Source: Bacteroidales bacterium
Lineage (GTDB): Bacteria; Bacteroidota; Bacteroidia; Bacteroidales; DTGW01
Direction: 5' to 3'
NCBI GenBank assembly: GCA_026416115.1
Contig: JAOAFU010000128.1
Coordinates: forward strand, 678-64,677
Length of the DNA stretch: 64,000 nucleotides
Both the position numbers and the translations under genes were made by a program. A model generated the notes under the pieces. That model had not been told where the DNA came from. It ran no database searches and saw only the letters and a list, made by a program, of their open reading frames with translations. Position 1 is the first letter of the stretch, and each line of letters opens with the position of its first letter. This document shows, piece after piece, positions 28,830 to 38,794 of the stretch.

Positions 28830-29903
28830 TTACTCTTCAATTTCCGATTCGCTTGTAAGATCGAGGCTAGCGGAGAGAGGTTTGAGCTTATTCGCCGCAA
28901 GTTCTTTATAGGTTGTTCGGCTTCTATAAGCATCGCAAGCCATGTAAAGAGCATTCCGAAACGAATCGCATGATGCTACCCCTTTTCCAGCAATATCGTA
29001 TGCGGTTCCATGAGCAGGCGATGTGCGGATGATAGGAAGGCCTGCTGTATAATTAACTCCTTGACCTGCCGTTAACGCTTTGAAGGGTGCTAGTCCTTGA
29101 TCGTGATACATGGCTAGAATAGCATCGAATTGTTTAAATTGTCCCGAACCGAAAAATCCATCGGCAGCAAATGGACCGAATGCAAAAATATTCATTTGCT
29201 GAGCAGCTTCTATGGCTGGAATAATAATTTCTTTTTCTTCGTTGCCCAGCAGTCCATTATCGCCTGCATGGGGATTTAATCCAAGCACAGCAATCTTAGG
29301 ATTGGTGACTGTAAAATCGACTAGGAGAGTTTCCTGGATAATTTTAAGTTTACTCAAAATACGTTCTTGGGTAATATACTTGGTTACCTGAGAGAGGGGT
29401 ACATGTTCACAAACTAAGCCTACTCTCATTACTTCGCTTACCATAAACATGACTACATCGGAAGCTTCGAACTTGGCCTGAAGGTAATCGGTGTGGCCTT
29501 TGTAAGGGAACTTGTCCGACTGGATGTCATATTTGTTGATGGGTGCTGTTACCAAAACATCAATTTTACCAGCTTTAAGATCGCTAATTGCTTGTTCGAG
29601 GGCAATGAAAGCCGATTCTCCAGCAATAGTTGTTGCTTTACCAAGCTCGACCTTTACGTTATCATCGACACAATTGATAAGATTATTTCGTTTGGGATGA
29701 ATTTCATCAATTGTCCGTACGGAATTGATTGCTACATTGTTAAGATTGAGAACTTTTTTATAGTATGCTGCAACTTTTGCCGATCCGTAGATTACAGGGA
29801 TACACATATCTAAAATCCGTGGGTCGGAAAGCGTATTAAGAATTATTTCGTAACCTATCCCGTTGATATCGCCGTGTGTAATACCTACCTTAATTCTTTT
29901 CAT
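28830..29903 (-). CDS. pdxA: 4-hydroxythreonine-4-phosphate dehydrogenase
   Basis: ITHGDINGIGYEI, LNPHAGDNG and IRTSPAHGTA motifs. Confidence 0.92.
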   Translation of the reverse strand: MKRIKVGITHGDINGIGYEIILNTLSDPRILDMCIPVIYGSAKVAAYYKKVLNLNNVAINSVRTIDEIHPKRNNLINCVDDNVKVELGKATTIAGESAFIALEQAISDLKAGKIDVLVTAPINKYDIQSDKFPYKGHTDYLQAKFEASDVVMFMVSEVMRVGLVCEHVPLSQVTKYITQERILSKLKIIQETLLVDFTVTNPKIAVLGLNPHAGDNGLLGNEEKEIIIPAIEAAQQMNIFAFGPFAADGFFGSGQFKQFDAILAMYHDQGLAPFKALTAGQGVNYTAGLPIIRTSPAHGTAYDIAGKGVASCDSFRNALYMACDAYRSRTTYKELAANKLKPLSASLDLTSESEIEE

Positions 29904-29979
29904 TCGTTTGATGTTTTATTAATAAACGATGTAAGTTTAAATAAAAATTAAATTTTGTTAGCAAAAGCCTCAATAAATA

Positions 29980-32013
29980 TTATTTTACCTGGCTTCCCGA
30001 AGTTACAGGGGCCGAAGGGACTACGAACTCTAGTCTTCCGTCCCGATCTTCAGCCATTAGTATCATGCCGTGCGATACAATCCCCTTTATTTCACGAGGT
30101 TCTAAATTGACAAGTATACATACCTGACGACCAATAATGTTTTCGGGTTCGAAATATTCTGCAATACCCGATACCACCGTTCGTTTGTCTATACCAGTAT
30201 CGATGGTTAGTTTGAGTAGTTTTTTAGTTTTGGCTACCTTCTCGGCTTCTATTATGGTACCAACTCTTATATCCATTTTAGAAAAATCGTCGTAGCTAAC
30301 ATGGGGTTTTTGAGGTTCCACTATTGAACTAGCTGGAATATTTGATTGGTTACTTTGATGCAATTTTTCGAGTTGCTTTTCAATAGCCGCATCTTCAATC
30401 TTTTCGAACAGAAGTTCACTTTTACCTAGTTGGTGGCCTACAGGTAAAATATTAATATCTCCTGCTAAATTCCAGTTGCTTTGAGGAAGGTGGAGCATAT
30501 TCGCTAGTTTTTTACTTGAAAAAGGCAAGAATGGCTCGCCCATAATAGCCAAATTAGCAGCAATTTGTAACGAATAATACAGAATAGTTTTAACGTACTC
30601 GGGATTTGTTTTAATTATAGCCCAAGGTTCGGTATCTGCAAGGTATTTATTTCCTAATCGGGCAATGTTCATATATTCTTTGAGAGCTTCTCTGAAACGA
30701 AAATTTTCAATATTGTCTTCTATGCTAAATCTAAGAGTTTTTAGTTGCTCCTTAATCTCGTTTTCATAGGAACCAACTTGAGCAGGATGAGGAACTATCC
30801 CATCAAAATATTTATGGGTAAGTACCATGGCCCGATTAACAAAGTTGCCAAGAATAGCTACTAATTCGCTGTTGTTTCGGGTTTGAAAATCCTTCCATGT
30901 AAAGTCGTTGTCTTTGGTCTCGGGCGCATTGGCAGTAAGTACATACCTTAAAACGTCTTCTTTACCCGGAAAGTCGTTGAGATATTCATGCAGCCAAACA
31001 GCCCAATTTCTTGAGGTAGATATTTTATCGCCCTCAAGATTTAGAAATTCGTTAGCTGGAACATTATCGGGGAGTATGAATTCGCCATGAGCTTTAAGCA
31101 TGGCAGGAAAGACTATGCAATGAAAAACAATGTTGTCTTTTCCAATGAAATGGATAATACGTGTTTTAGGGTCCTTCCAATATTTTTCCCAGTTGGGTGT
31201 AAGCTCTTTTGTGGCTGAAATATACCCTATTGGAGCGTCGAACCAGACATAAAGAACCTTTCCTTTAGCATTCTCGAGTGGAACAGGAATACCCCAATCA
31301 AGGTCACGACTGACGGCACGAGGTTGTAGCCCCAAGTCGAGCCACGACTTGCACTGACCATAAACATTTGTTTTCCATTCTTTGTGCTCTTCAAGTATCC
31401 ACTGTTTAAGCCACGACTCGTGTTTGTCGAGAGGCAAGTACCAGTGTGATGTTTTTCGGAGCACGGGTGGTTTACCGCTTAATACCGAGCGAGGATTTAT
31501 TAAATCAGTTGCGTTAAGAGATGTTCCACATTTTTCGCATTGATCGCCATAGGCTCTTTCATTCCCGCAGTGGGGGCATGTCCCCATGATGTATCGGTCG
31601 GCCAAAAACTGCTGTGCTTCTTCGTCGTAGTACTGTTCCGATTCTTTTTCGATAAATTCGTTTTTACGGTATAGGGTAAGAAAAAACTCCGATGCTGTTT
31701 GGTAATGAATGGGAGAGGTGGTTCGTGAGTAAATATCGAATGAGATTCCGAAAGCTTCGAACGATTGTTTTATCATTGTATGATAACGGTCGACAATCGC
31801 TTGAGGTGAAACATTTTCCTGTCGTGCTTTGATGGTAATGGGTACTCCATGCTCGTCGCTTCCACAAACATATATTACATCTTTTCCTTTCAGCCGTAAG
31901 TATCGTACATAAATGTCGGCTGGAATGTAAACACCTGCTAAATGACCAATATGAACAGGGCCATTGGCGTAAGGCAATGCAGCTGTAACTGTGTAGCGTT
32001 CAAATTCGTTCAT
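29980..32013 (-). CDS. metG: methionine--tRNA ligase (with C-terminal tRNA-binding domain)
   Basis: [13 protein letters not shown] (HIGH), a Zn knuckle CPHCG..C..CG, KISTS (KMSKS-type), and a C-terminal EMAP/Trbp111-like domain. Confidence 0.95.
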   Translation of the reverse strand: MNEFERYTVTAALPYANGPVHIGHLAGVYIPADIYVRYLRLKGKDVIYVCGSDEHGVPITIKARQENVSPQAIVDRYHTMIKQSFEAFGISFDIYSRTTSPIHYQTASEFFLTLYRKNEFIEKESEQYYDEEAQQFLADRYIMGTCPHCGNERAYGDQCEKCGTSLNATDLINPRSVLSGKPPVLRKTSHWYLPLDKHESWLKQWILEEHKEWKTNVYGQCKSWLDLGLQPRAVSRDLDWGIPVPLENAKGKVLYVWFDAPIGYISATKELTPNWEKYWKDPKTRIIHFIGKDNIVFHCIVFPAMLKAHGEFILPDNVPANEFLNLEGDKISTSRNWAVWLHEYLNDFPGKEDVLRYVLTANAPETKDNDFTWKDFQTRNNSELVAILGNFVNRAMVLTHKYFDGIVPHPAQVGSYENEIKEQLKTLRFSIEDNIENFRFREALKEYMNIARLGNKYLADTEPWAIIKTNPEYVKTILYYSLQIAANLAIMGEPFLPFSSKKLANMLHLPQSNWNLAGDINILPVGHQLGKSELLFEKIEDAAIEKQLEKLHQSNQSNIPASSIVEPQKPHVSYDDFSKMDIRVGTIIEAEKVAKTKKLLKLTIDTGIDKRTVVSGIAEYFEPENIIGRQVCILVNLEPREIKGIVSHGMILMAEDRDGRLEFVVPSAPVTSGSQVK

Positions 32014-32045
32014 GTTTTATACAATTATAATCATTTTGAAAGTGA

Positions 32046-32053
32046 CAAAGATA
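32046..32053 (-). promoter_or_regulatory. candidate -7 box (TATCTTTG) for the metG-pdxA-galM unit
   Basis: Exact TAnnTTTG match 33 nt upstream of the metG ATG. Confidence 0.4.
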
Positions 32054-32078
32054 TAAAAATACTCAGGGTGATGGAATA

Positions 32079-32086
32079 TATTTTTG
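32079..32086 (+). promoter_or_regulatory. candidate -7 box (TATTTTTG) for the LD-carboxypeptidase gene
   Basis: Exact TAnnTTTG match 37 nt upstream of the ATG at 32123. It sits over the longer track start at 32084. Confidence 0.4.
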
Positions 32087-32122
32087 TATATTCACGCCTC
32101 AAATTTAAACTTGAGTTTGCAT

Positions 32123-33022
32123 ATGATTACCCCCGAATTCCTTAAGCCTGGTGATAGAGTAGGTATTGTTTCCCCAGCAAGGTATGTAACTGAAGCTGAT
32201 ATTGAGGATGCTATAAGTTTAATAAGGTCGCATGGCTACGATGTGGTGCTTGGTACTTATCTCTTTGAAAGGCATAATCAGTTTGGTGGGACAGATGAAC
32301 AGCGAATTCAAGAGTTTCAGAACTTTCTCGACGATCCATCAATTAAAGCTATCTTCTGCGCTAGAGGAGGTTATGGCTCTGTTAGAGTGATAAACCGCCT
32401 CAATTGGAAAAAGTTTCTTCAACGACCTAAATGGATCGTTGGTTTTAGCGATATCACTGTTTTTCATGCAGCTTTGCATAATAAGGGTATCGAATCGCTT
32501 CATGCCCCTATGTTATTTAACTTAAAGGAGCAAAATCAGCTTTCCGAATCATGGGAGAAAACTTTTGAAATCCTTAGAGGTGAGAAACCTGTCTACAGCT
32601 GCAATTCACATCCCTTAAATAAAGAGGGTAGGGCAAGGGGTACACTTGTGGGTGGTAATCTATCGGTATGGTATAGTTTACGAGGAACCGATTTCGATTT
32701 TTTTACAGGCGGTAAAATCCTCTTTATCGAAGATATTGATGAGTATCTTTACCACATCGACAGGATGATGATGAACTTAAAACTGGGTGGTAAGCTCGAT
32801 AACATTCGTGGGTTAATTATTGGTCAGATGACCGACATGAAAGATAATAAAGTACCTTTTGGTAAGTCTGCTTATGAGATTATCTCCGAATATGCAGCAG
32901 ATCTTAATATACCTATCGCTTTTGGTTTTCCTGCAGGGCACGAAAATATTAATCTGCCCCTAATTTTGGGTCGTGAAATTTTACTCGAGGTTGATGATAT
33001 GGTAAAAATTCAGTTTCGTTAA
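32123..33022 (+). CDS. ldcA: LD-carboxypeptidase (peptidase S66, LdcA-like)
   Basis: GFSDIT (Ser nucleophile) and GHENINLP (His). The start is moved to MITPEFLKPGD. Confidence 0.85.
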   Translation: MITPEFLKPGDRVGIVSPARYVTEADIEDAISLIRSHGYDVVLGTYLFERHNQFGGTDEQRIQEFQNFLDDPSIKAIFCARGGYGSVRVINRLNWKKFLQRPKWIVGFSDITVFHAALHNKGIESLHAPMLFNLKEQNQLSESWEKTFEILRGEKPVYSCNSHPLNKEGRARGTLVGGNLSVWYSLRGTDFDFFTGGKILFIEDIDEYLYHIDRMMMNLKLGGKLDNIRGLIIGQMTDMKDNKVPFGKSAYEIISEYAADLNIPIAFGFPAGHENINLPLILGREILLEVDDMVKIQFR

Positions 33023-33102
33023 CTCGGAGAAACTTACATGTATTTTCAAACTACAAGGGTTTCTTGGATATCCCTGAGGAGATATATCATTTTTCTTAAA
33101 TT

Positions 33103-33151
33103 ATTCTATTTATCCAGCATATCAAGATGCCAAGGATAGAATTCTATTTAT
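33103..33151. repeat. 11-bp direct repeat ATTCTATTTAT (x2) flanking the 12-bp palindrome ATAGAATTCTAT
   Basis: Copies at 33103-33113 and 33141-33151; palindrome at 33136-33147. Lies inside the 467-bp non-coding gap. Confidence 0.5.
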
Positions 33152-33462
33152 AGTGCTTTAAAATTCTAATCATGTTATAGCTACAATAGTGAGCGATTCG
33201 TTCATTTAAGTAAATATGTTTGCCTGGAGGTAAGTGTTAAAATGATGTTGGGATATTGACATAGAGCTTTATACTATATTTCTTTTCCACATTGAAGTGT
33301 TTTAGAATATATTACAAAAAAATTATTTCCCCCCTAATCTCTTATTTCATATTTGTGCATAACAGTAACAATTGTCGTACCTCAAAAAAAACATTGTCCA
33401 ATATCAATTGGAAGTATGGGCTAGATGCTCACAATATTCTTTTCCAATGACCTTATGAGCGT

Positions 33463-33470
33463 TACTTTTG
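33463..33470 (+). promoter_or_regulatory. candidate -7 box (TACTTTTG) for the osmC-like cluster
   Basis: Exact TAnnTTTG match 20 nt upstream of the ATG at 33490. A second match (TATGTTTG) lies at 33215-33222. Confidence 0.35.
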
Positions 33471-33489
33471 TGTTCAAAAAATTACAATT

Positions 33490-33906
33490 ATGCAACACAA
33501 AGTAAGCACTACATGGCGAGGAAATATGCAGTTTGAGGCTGAAATAGGAAATCATCGTGTAATCATGGATGCTTCGCATGATGCTGGAGGCCATGATTTG
33601 GGAGTACGTCCAAAGCAGCTTATGCTCGCCGCTTTAGCCGGATGTACAGGAATGGACGTTGTTAGTATTTTGCAGAAAATGCGGGTAAATATCGATCGGT
33701 TTTCGGTTGATGTAATTGCCGATGTAACCGAAGATCACCCGAAACATTATACCGCCATGCATATAATATATTATCTCAAGGGTAATGATATAGACCTTGA
33801 AAAGGTAAAAAAAGCTGTTGAGCTTTCGCAGGAGAGATATTGCGGTGTTTCTGCAGTATACCGCAAGGCTTTGAAGTTAACTTATGAGATTAAAATTAAT
33901 GAATAG
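33490..33906 (+). CDS. OsmC/Ohr-family peroxiredoxin-like protein
   Basis: 138 aa with the two conserved Cys contexts (LAGCTGMDV and ERYCGVS). Confidence 0.85.
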   Translation: MQHKVSTTWRGNMQFEAEIGNHRVIMDASHDAGGHDLGVRPKQLMLAALAGCTGMDVVSILQKMRVNIDRFSVDVIADVTEDHPKHYTAMHIIYYLKGNDIDLEKVKKAVELSQERYCGVSAVYRKALKLTYEIKINE

Positions 33907-33948
33907 AACCAAAAAATTGTATAAAACGAAAATCAGAGAAACAAGACT

Positions 33949-34899
33949 ATGAAGGAAAAAATACAATTCTTCCCAATTTCAGCGTTTACGGCAATAATGG
34001 GATTTGCTGGTTTAACTATAGTTTTGGGTAAGTTTTCTCAAATACAGTGGCTTCCCAGCTTTTTATACGAAATTTCATTAATCCTTTCGCTTTCCCTCTT
34101 TGCTTTATTGATACTGATGTATACGCTTAAACTAATTTGGTTTATCGATAATGTAAAAGCAGATTTAGTACATCCGACTCGGGTTAATTTTTTTTCTACC
34201 ATAAGTATCTCAATGTTATTAATATCGGTCGCTTTAAATCTTTTTTACCCCTATGTTGCTCGAATCATTTGGTGGGCAGGAGTATCTTTGCATACTTTTA
34301 TATTACTTAAAACCATAAGTTTCTGGATGCAGAATCGTTTCGAGGTTCAGCAATTTAACCCTGTATGGTTTATACCTGTTGTAGGTAGCATGATTATTCC
34401 TATTAATGGTGTTGATTTTGCCCCATTGTTGTTTTCCTACATTTTTTTTGCTGCAGGTTTCTTTTTTTGGGTCATTCTTTTTACTCTTTTTATGTTTAGA
34501 ACAATTTTTTATTCGCTTATCCCGCAAAAGCTTATTCCTACACTTTTTATTTTACTAGTACCACCATCCATAGGTTTTATCTCCTATATGCGTATTACAG
34601 GTAGTTGGGATTCTTTTGCAATAACTATGCTTTCGTTGGCATATTTCATTAGCGTTTTACTATTATTTATGTATAAAGTGTATAAGAATATCAATTTCAA
34701 TTTATCGTGGTGGGCATTTACTTTCCCTTTAACAGCAGTTGCTACTGCCTCTACAATAGCATATCAGATATCCTTAGTTACAATATTCAAAATATTTGCA
34801 TGGCTATTTTTATCGGCAGCATTATTTGCTTTTGTAGTTGTAACTTGGAACACCATGATTTCTATACGTAAAGGCGAAATATGTAAGAGTGAAGAATAG
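33949..34899 (+). CDS. TehA/SLAC1-type (TDT family) anion/dicarboxylate transporter
   Basis: 316 aa with about 10 TM segments. The N-terminus FFPISAFTAIMGFAGL and the overall pattern resemble TehA-like channels. Confidence 0.7.
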   Translation: MKEKIQFFPISAFTAIMGFAGLTIVLGKFSQIQWLPSFLYEISLILSLSLFALLILMYTLKLIWFIDNVKADLVHPTRVNFFSTISISMLLISVALNLFYPYVARIIWWAGVSLHTFILLKTISFWMQNRFEVQQFNPVWFIPVVGSMIIPINGVDFAPLLFSYIFFAAGFFFWVILFTLFMFRTIFYSLIPQKLIPTLFILLVPPSIGFISYMRITGSWDSFAITMLSLAYFISVLLLFMYKVYKNINFNLSWWAFTFPLTAVATASTIAYQISLVTIFKIFAWLFLSAALFAFVVVTWNTMISIRKGEICKSEE

Positions 34900-34998
34900 C
34901 TTAAGAAGTCTATTATCCATAACATACTTGATTTCCAAAATTAGCGGCTTTGAGAACTATTGTACCTAAATCGTAAAAAAATACTAATAATTCATTCA

Positions 34999-35499
34999 AT
35001 GAAAAGAAAGATTATAAAAATTATAATAAGTATACGTATGTATATTTTACTCGTGTTGGGTATTCTTTTTTACGTTTTAGTGTCATATTATCAATTGCCT
35101 CTTTGGTTAGTTCTATTAGCAGGAATCGTATTAGGTCTTATTTTCGGAAAAGTATTTTGTCGTTGGGTTTGCCCAATAGGTTTGTTTATGGAAATAATGA
35201 TGAACCTTATACCTAATGGGAAGTTAGCGGCAATGTATCAATATCACAAGTTGGGATGTCCCATTGCGTGGGTTGAGGGTTGGCTAAACAGATGGTCGGT
35301 TTTTAAGATTCGCCTCGATAGTGCTAGTTGCAAATCATGCGGAGTTTGCGATACGAAGTGTTATATTGTTTCAATAGAATCTAAAAAGTTTAGTCTTTAC
35401 AAAGTAGGCAAAGAAAATCCTGGTTCAAGCTATACCTGTTCGAAATGTCTTCAGTGCATAGCGGCTTGTCCTAACGGAAGTTTAAGCTTTAAACCTTAA
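34999..35499 (+). CDS. membrane-anchored 4Fe-4S binding protein (NapH/MauN-like)
   Basis: Two TM segments, then CRWVCPIG, CKSCGVCDTKC and CSKCLQCIAACP. The track start at 34960 is TTG; the ATG at 34999 is preferred. Confidence 0.75.
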   Translation: MKRKIIKIIISIRMYILLVLGILFYVLVSYYQLPLWLVLLAGIVLGLIFGKVFCRWVCPIGLFMEIMMNLIPNGKLAAMYQYHKLGCPIAWVEGWLNRWSVFKIRLDSASCKSCGVCDTKCYIVSIESKKFSLYKVGKENPGSSYTCSKCLQCIAACPNGSLSFKP

Positions 35500-35578
35500 A
35501 TGAAACTTTCAAAAGTTATTGAATCAGCTAATTGATAGGTATATTAAAGAAAAATAACTATTAAATTTATTTTGAAAA

Positions 35579-35764
35579 ATGGCTCTAACTGTAAGTTCTT
35601 ATCTCTGTCCACAAAATCATCGTTGCCCGCTTATTAGAATATGCCCTGTGGGAGCAATATCTCAAAATGGTTATGGTTTGCCAGTAATTGATGAAGCAAA
35701 GTGTATCGAGTGTGGAAAATGTATACGATATTGCCCAACAGGTGCTATTGTGAATAAAAATTAA
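35579..35764 (+). CDS. small ferredoxin-like 4Fe-4S protein (61 aa)
   Basis: One canonical CIECGKCIRYCP motif plus one atypical motif, CPQNHRCPLIRICP. Confidence 0.7.
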   Translation: MALTVSSYLCPQNHRCPLIRICPVGAISQNGYGLPVIDEAKCIECGKCIRYCPTGAIVNKN

Positions 35765-35856
35765 TTTTTTGTTTAATGAAAAATAAAAATTCTATCGAAA
35801 TAATTGCAGTCGACAAAAAAATAACTTATTTTTATTAATTAAAATTTGAAAAAACT

Positions 35857-36561
35857 ATGGATACTGAAGTTGTTCCAATGCCACGGATCGGCGATGATGC
35901 TCCAGCATTTGAAGCTGTGACTACCCAGGGGAAAATTAATTTTCCTGCCGATTATAAGGGAAAATGGGTTATTCTCTTTAGTCACCCCGCCGATTTTACA
36001 CCGGTTTGTACCTCAGAATTTATGACTTTTGCCAGTATGGAAGAAGAGTTTAATGCTCTTAATTGTCAATTAGTTGGACTTTCGGTCGATGGCCTTTATA
36101 GCCATATTGCCTGGTTGCGTACCATTAAGGAAAAAATTGAATTTAAAGGGATGAAAAATGTAGAAGTGAAATTTCCTCTTATAGAAGATATTACGATGGA
36201 AGTTTCGAAAAAATATGGTATGATACAACCAGGAGAAAGTAACACAAAAGCGGTTCGAGCTGTGTTTTTCATTGATCCTATTGGGAAGATAAGAGCAATT
36301 ATCTATTATCCGCTCTCGTTGGGTCGAAATTTTGAAGAGCTCAAACGGGTTCTTATTGCCCTACAAACAGCAGATAAGTTTGGAGTTGCTACACCTGCCG
36401 ACTGGCAGCCAGGGGATGATGTCATTGTTCCACCTGCCGGTTCGTGCGGCACTGCTAAAGATCGCGTAGAAGGTAAGGAAGCAGGAATTAAATGCTACGA
36501 TTGGTTTTTCTGTACAAAACCTATTAGTAAAGATGAAGTATTTAAAGCAATAAAAAAATAG
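35857..36561 (+). CDS. peroxiredoxin (Prx6/archaeal-type, with extra C-terminal cysteines)
   Basis: Peroxidatic Cys context SHPADFTPVCTSE. The C-terminal tail has CGTAKD...KCYDWFFC. Confidence 0.9.
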   Translation: MDTEVVPMPRIGDDAPAFEAVTTQGKINFPADYKGKWVILFSHPADFTPVCTSEFMTFASMEEEFNALNCQLVGLSVDGLYSHIAWLRTIKEKIEFKGMKNVEVKFPLIEDITMEVSKKYGMIQPGESNTKAVRAVFFIDPIGKIRAIIYYPLSLGRNFEELKRVLIALQTADKFGVATPADWQPGDDVIVPPAGSCGTAKDRVEGKEAGIKCYDWFFCTKPISKDEVFKAIKK

Positions 36562-36583
36562 AGCAATTAAATACGTATTTACC

Positions 36584-36616
36584 AAGGCACATGATAATCC
36601 ATGTGCCTTTTTTTTT
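36584..36616 (+). terminator. intrinsic terminator after the peroxiredoxin gene
   Basis: AAGGCACATG / CATGTGCCTT forms a 10-bp stem with a 6-nt loop, followed by a T run to 36616. Confidence 0.88.
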
Positions 36617-36793
36617 GACTTCGAAGGTGAAAAAGAAATCAAAATATTAACCGGTTTAAATAAATGTTTACCAAATAAATAGTAAAGTAGCTTTAGGAAA
36701 AATAACATAATTAACAAAACAGGTTTCAACCATCAGTTTATTTAAATCCATTCCAAACTGCATAGATCATCAGGTAATTTAAAAACCGACTAT

Positions 36794-36801
36794 TATATTT
36801 G
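36794..36801 (+). promoter_or_regulatory. candidate -7 box (TATATTTG) for etfB-etfA-acd
   Basis: Exact TAnnTTTG match 44 nt upstream of the etfB ATG. Confidence 0.4.
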
Positions 36802-36844
36802 TTCGCTTTTTACAAATTAAGTGGAAGTATAAAACTTTAATAGA

Positions 36845-37717
36845 ATGGGACTTAAGATAATAGTATTAGCAAAGCAGGTTCCGGATACGCGCAATGTTGG
36901 TAAAGATGCCATGAAAGCCGATGGAACCGTCAACCGAGCTGCATTGCCAGCCATTTTCAATCCCGAAGATTTAAATGCGTTAGAACAGGCGTTACGTTTG
37001 AAAGATCAAATCCCGGGCACTACGGTTACCCTACTGACAATGGGTCCAGTAAGGGCAGCCGAAATTTTACGCGAAGGGTTATTTCGTGGAGCCGATGATG
37101 GTATCCTGTTAACCGACAGGGCCTTTGCAGGTTCCGATACATTAGCTACATCGTATGCTTTGGCATGTGCCATTAGAAAAATCGGAAAATTTGATGTTAT
37201 AATTGCAGGCCGTCAGGCTATCGATGGCGATACTGCGCAGGTAGGTCCGCAGGTTGCAGAAAAACTTGGTATTCCTCAGATTACTTATGCCGAAGATATT
37301 ATATCCATAAAGGATGGGGTAATTAGGGTAAAACGTCGTCTTGAAAGAGGGGTTGAAATTGTTGAAGGAAAATTACCCTTAGTGGTTACTGTAAATGGCT
37401 CTGCTCCTGCGTGTCGTCCTCGCAATGCCAAATTGTTGATGAAATATAAGCATGCTACTACCCTAAGTGAACGGGCAGAAAAATCGGAAGATTATCTATC
37501 GCTTATTAATGAAAAACCATACCTCAATATAAAGGAATGGAGCGCAAATGACATCGAATGCGATAGGGAGCAACTTGGCTTAAATGGTTCGCCTACCAAA
37601 GTTAAAAAGATCGAAAATATTGTTTTTCAGGTTAAAGAAGCCAAGAGGCTTACCGATAGCGATACGGATATCAATCAACTTATGAAAGAACTAATCGAAA
37701 ACCACACGATTGGATGA
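36845..37717 (+). CDS. etfB: electron transfer flavoprotein, beta subunit
   Basis: IIVLAKQVPDT...NPEDLNALEQALRLK...IIAGRQAIDGDTAQVGP: canonical EtfB. Confidence 0.92.
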   Translation: MGLKIIVLAKQVPDTRNVGKDAMKADGTVNRAALPAIFNPEDLNALEQALRLKDQIPGTTVTLLTMGPVRAAEILREGLFRGADDGILLTDRAFAGSDTLATSYALACAIRKIGKFDVIIAGRQAIDGDTAQVGPQVAEKLGIPQITYAEDIISIKDGVIRVKRRLERGVEIVEGKLPLVVTVNGSAPACRPRNAKLLMKYKHATTLSERAEKSEDYLSLINEKPYLNIKEWSANDIECDREQLGLNGSPTKVKKIENIVFQVKEAKRLTDSDTDINQLMKELIENHTIG

Positions 37718-37741
37718 TTTTAAATATTAAATTTTGAAGGT

Positions 37742-38761
37742 ATGAATAACATTATAGTTTTTTGCGAGATAGAAGATGGTAAGGTTCAGGATGTTAGCCT
37801 CGAATTGCTTACCAAAGGTCGTAAGCTTGCCAATGAGTTAGGTTGCAAGCTTGAGGCATTGGCCATTGGACATAAACTCGATGGCATCGAAAAGCAAATT
37901 TTTCCATTTGGAGTTGATACGCTCTATGTGGCCGAAGATCCACGATTAGAACATTATTTGACTTTACCCTATACCTCTATTACCGTTAAGCTTTTTGAGG
38001 AACAAAAGCCACAAATTGCTCTCATGGGAGCTACAACTGTTGGAAGAGATTTAGGCCCAAGAGTGTCGTCGGCATTACATAGTGGTCTAACAGCCGATTG
38101 TACCGAGCTGGAAATTGGCCCTCATACCGAAACTAAAACAAATAAAACATACGAAAACCTGCTTTATCAAATTCGTCCTGCTTTTGGAGGAAATATTATT
38201 GCTACCATTATTAATCCCGATTGTCGTCCACAGATGGCAACAGTAAGGGAAGGGGTGATGAAAAAAGAAATTTACGATCCAAATTATAAAGGTCAGTTGG
38301 TAAAGCTGGATGCTAAGAAATACCTCAACGATAGCGATTTTGTCGTTCGCATCATCGAAAGACAAATGGAAAAATCGAAAGTTAATATTAAAAATGCATC
38401 CATTATCGTTGCCGGTGGTTACGGCGTAGGTTCGAAAGAAAATTTTCAGTTACTGTACGAATTGGCTGAAGTTCTTGGAGCCGAGGTTGGTGCATCACGA
38501 GCTGCTGTCGATGCTGGTTATGCAGAACACGACAGGCAGATTGGACAAACCGGTGTTACTGTTCGACCGAAACTTTATATTGCCTGCGGTATTTCGGGTC
38601 AGATTCAACACATTGCAGGTATGCAGGAGTCGAGTATGATCATTTCAATTAATAGCGATCCCTATGCACCTATTAATAAAATTGCCGATTATGTGATAAC
38701 CGGAAACATCGAAGACGTTATACCTAAAATGATTAAATACTATAAACAGAATACCAAATAA
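37742..38761 (+). CDS. etfA: electron transfer flavoprotein, alpha subunit
   Basis: C-terminal FAD-binding region GASRAAVDAGY...QIGQTG..V.PKLYIACGISGQIQH. Confidence 0.92.
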   Translation: MNNIIVFCEIEDGKVQDVSLELLTKGRKLANELGCKLEALAIGHKLDGIEKQIFPFGVDTLYVAEDPRLEHYLTLPYTSITVKLFEEQKPQIALMGATTVGRDLGPRVSSALHSGLTADCTELEIGPHTETKTNKTYENLLYQIRPAFGGNIIATIINPDCRPQMATVREGVMKKEIYDPNYKGQLVKLDAKKYLNDSDFVVRIIERQMEKSKVNIKNASIIVAGGYGVGSKENFQLLYELAEVLGAEVGASRAAVDAGYAEHDRQIGQTGVTVRPKLYIACGISGQIQHIAGMQESSMIISINSDPYAPINKIADYVITGNIEDVIPKMIKYYKQNTK

Positions 38762-38794
38762 GCTACATTTTTCAACTTTATAAACCAGAAAATT

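Noticed and set aside
33103-33189. A cluster of ATAG/CTAT tetranucleotides upstream of the redox cluster that looked like an OxyR-type operator.
   Set aside because: The spacings I measured (for example ATAG at 33136 to CTAT at 33144) do not fit the ATAG-N7-CTAT 11-bp periodicity. The motifs are more than 300 bp from the start codon, and such tetramers are expected by chance in AT-rich DNA. Only the palindrome and direct repeat are kept as observations.
36361-36729. A 122-aa minus-strand ORF spanning the 3' end of the peroxiredoxin gene and its terminator.
   Set aside because: It overlaps the conserved Prx C-terminus in antisense and crosses the intrinsic terminator. The sequence is Leu/Phe/Lys-rich AT-driven noise.
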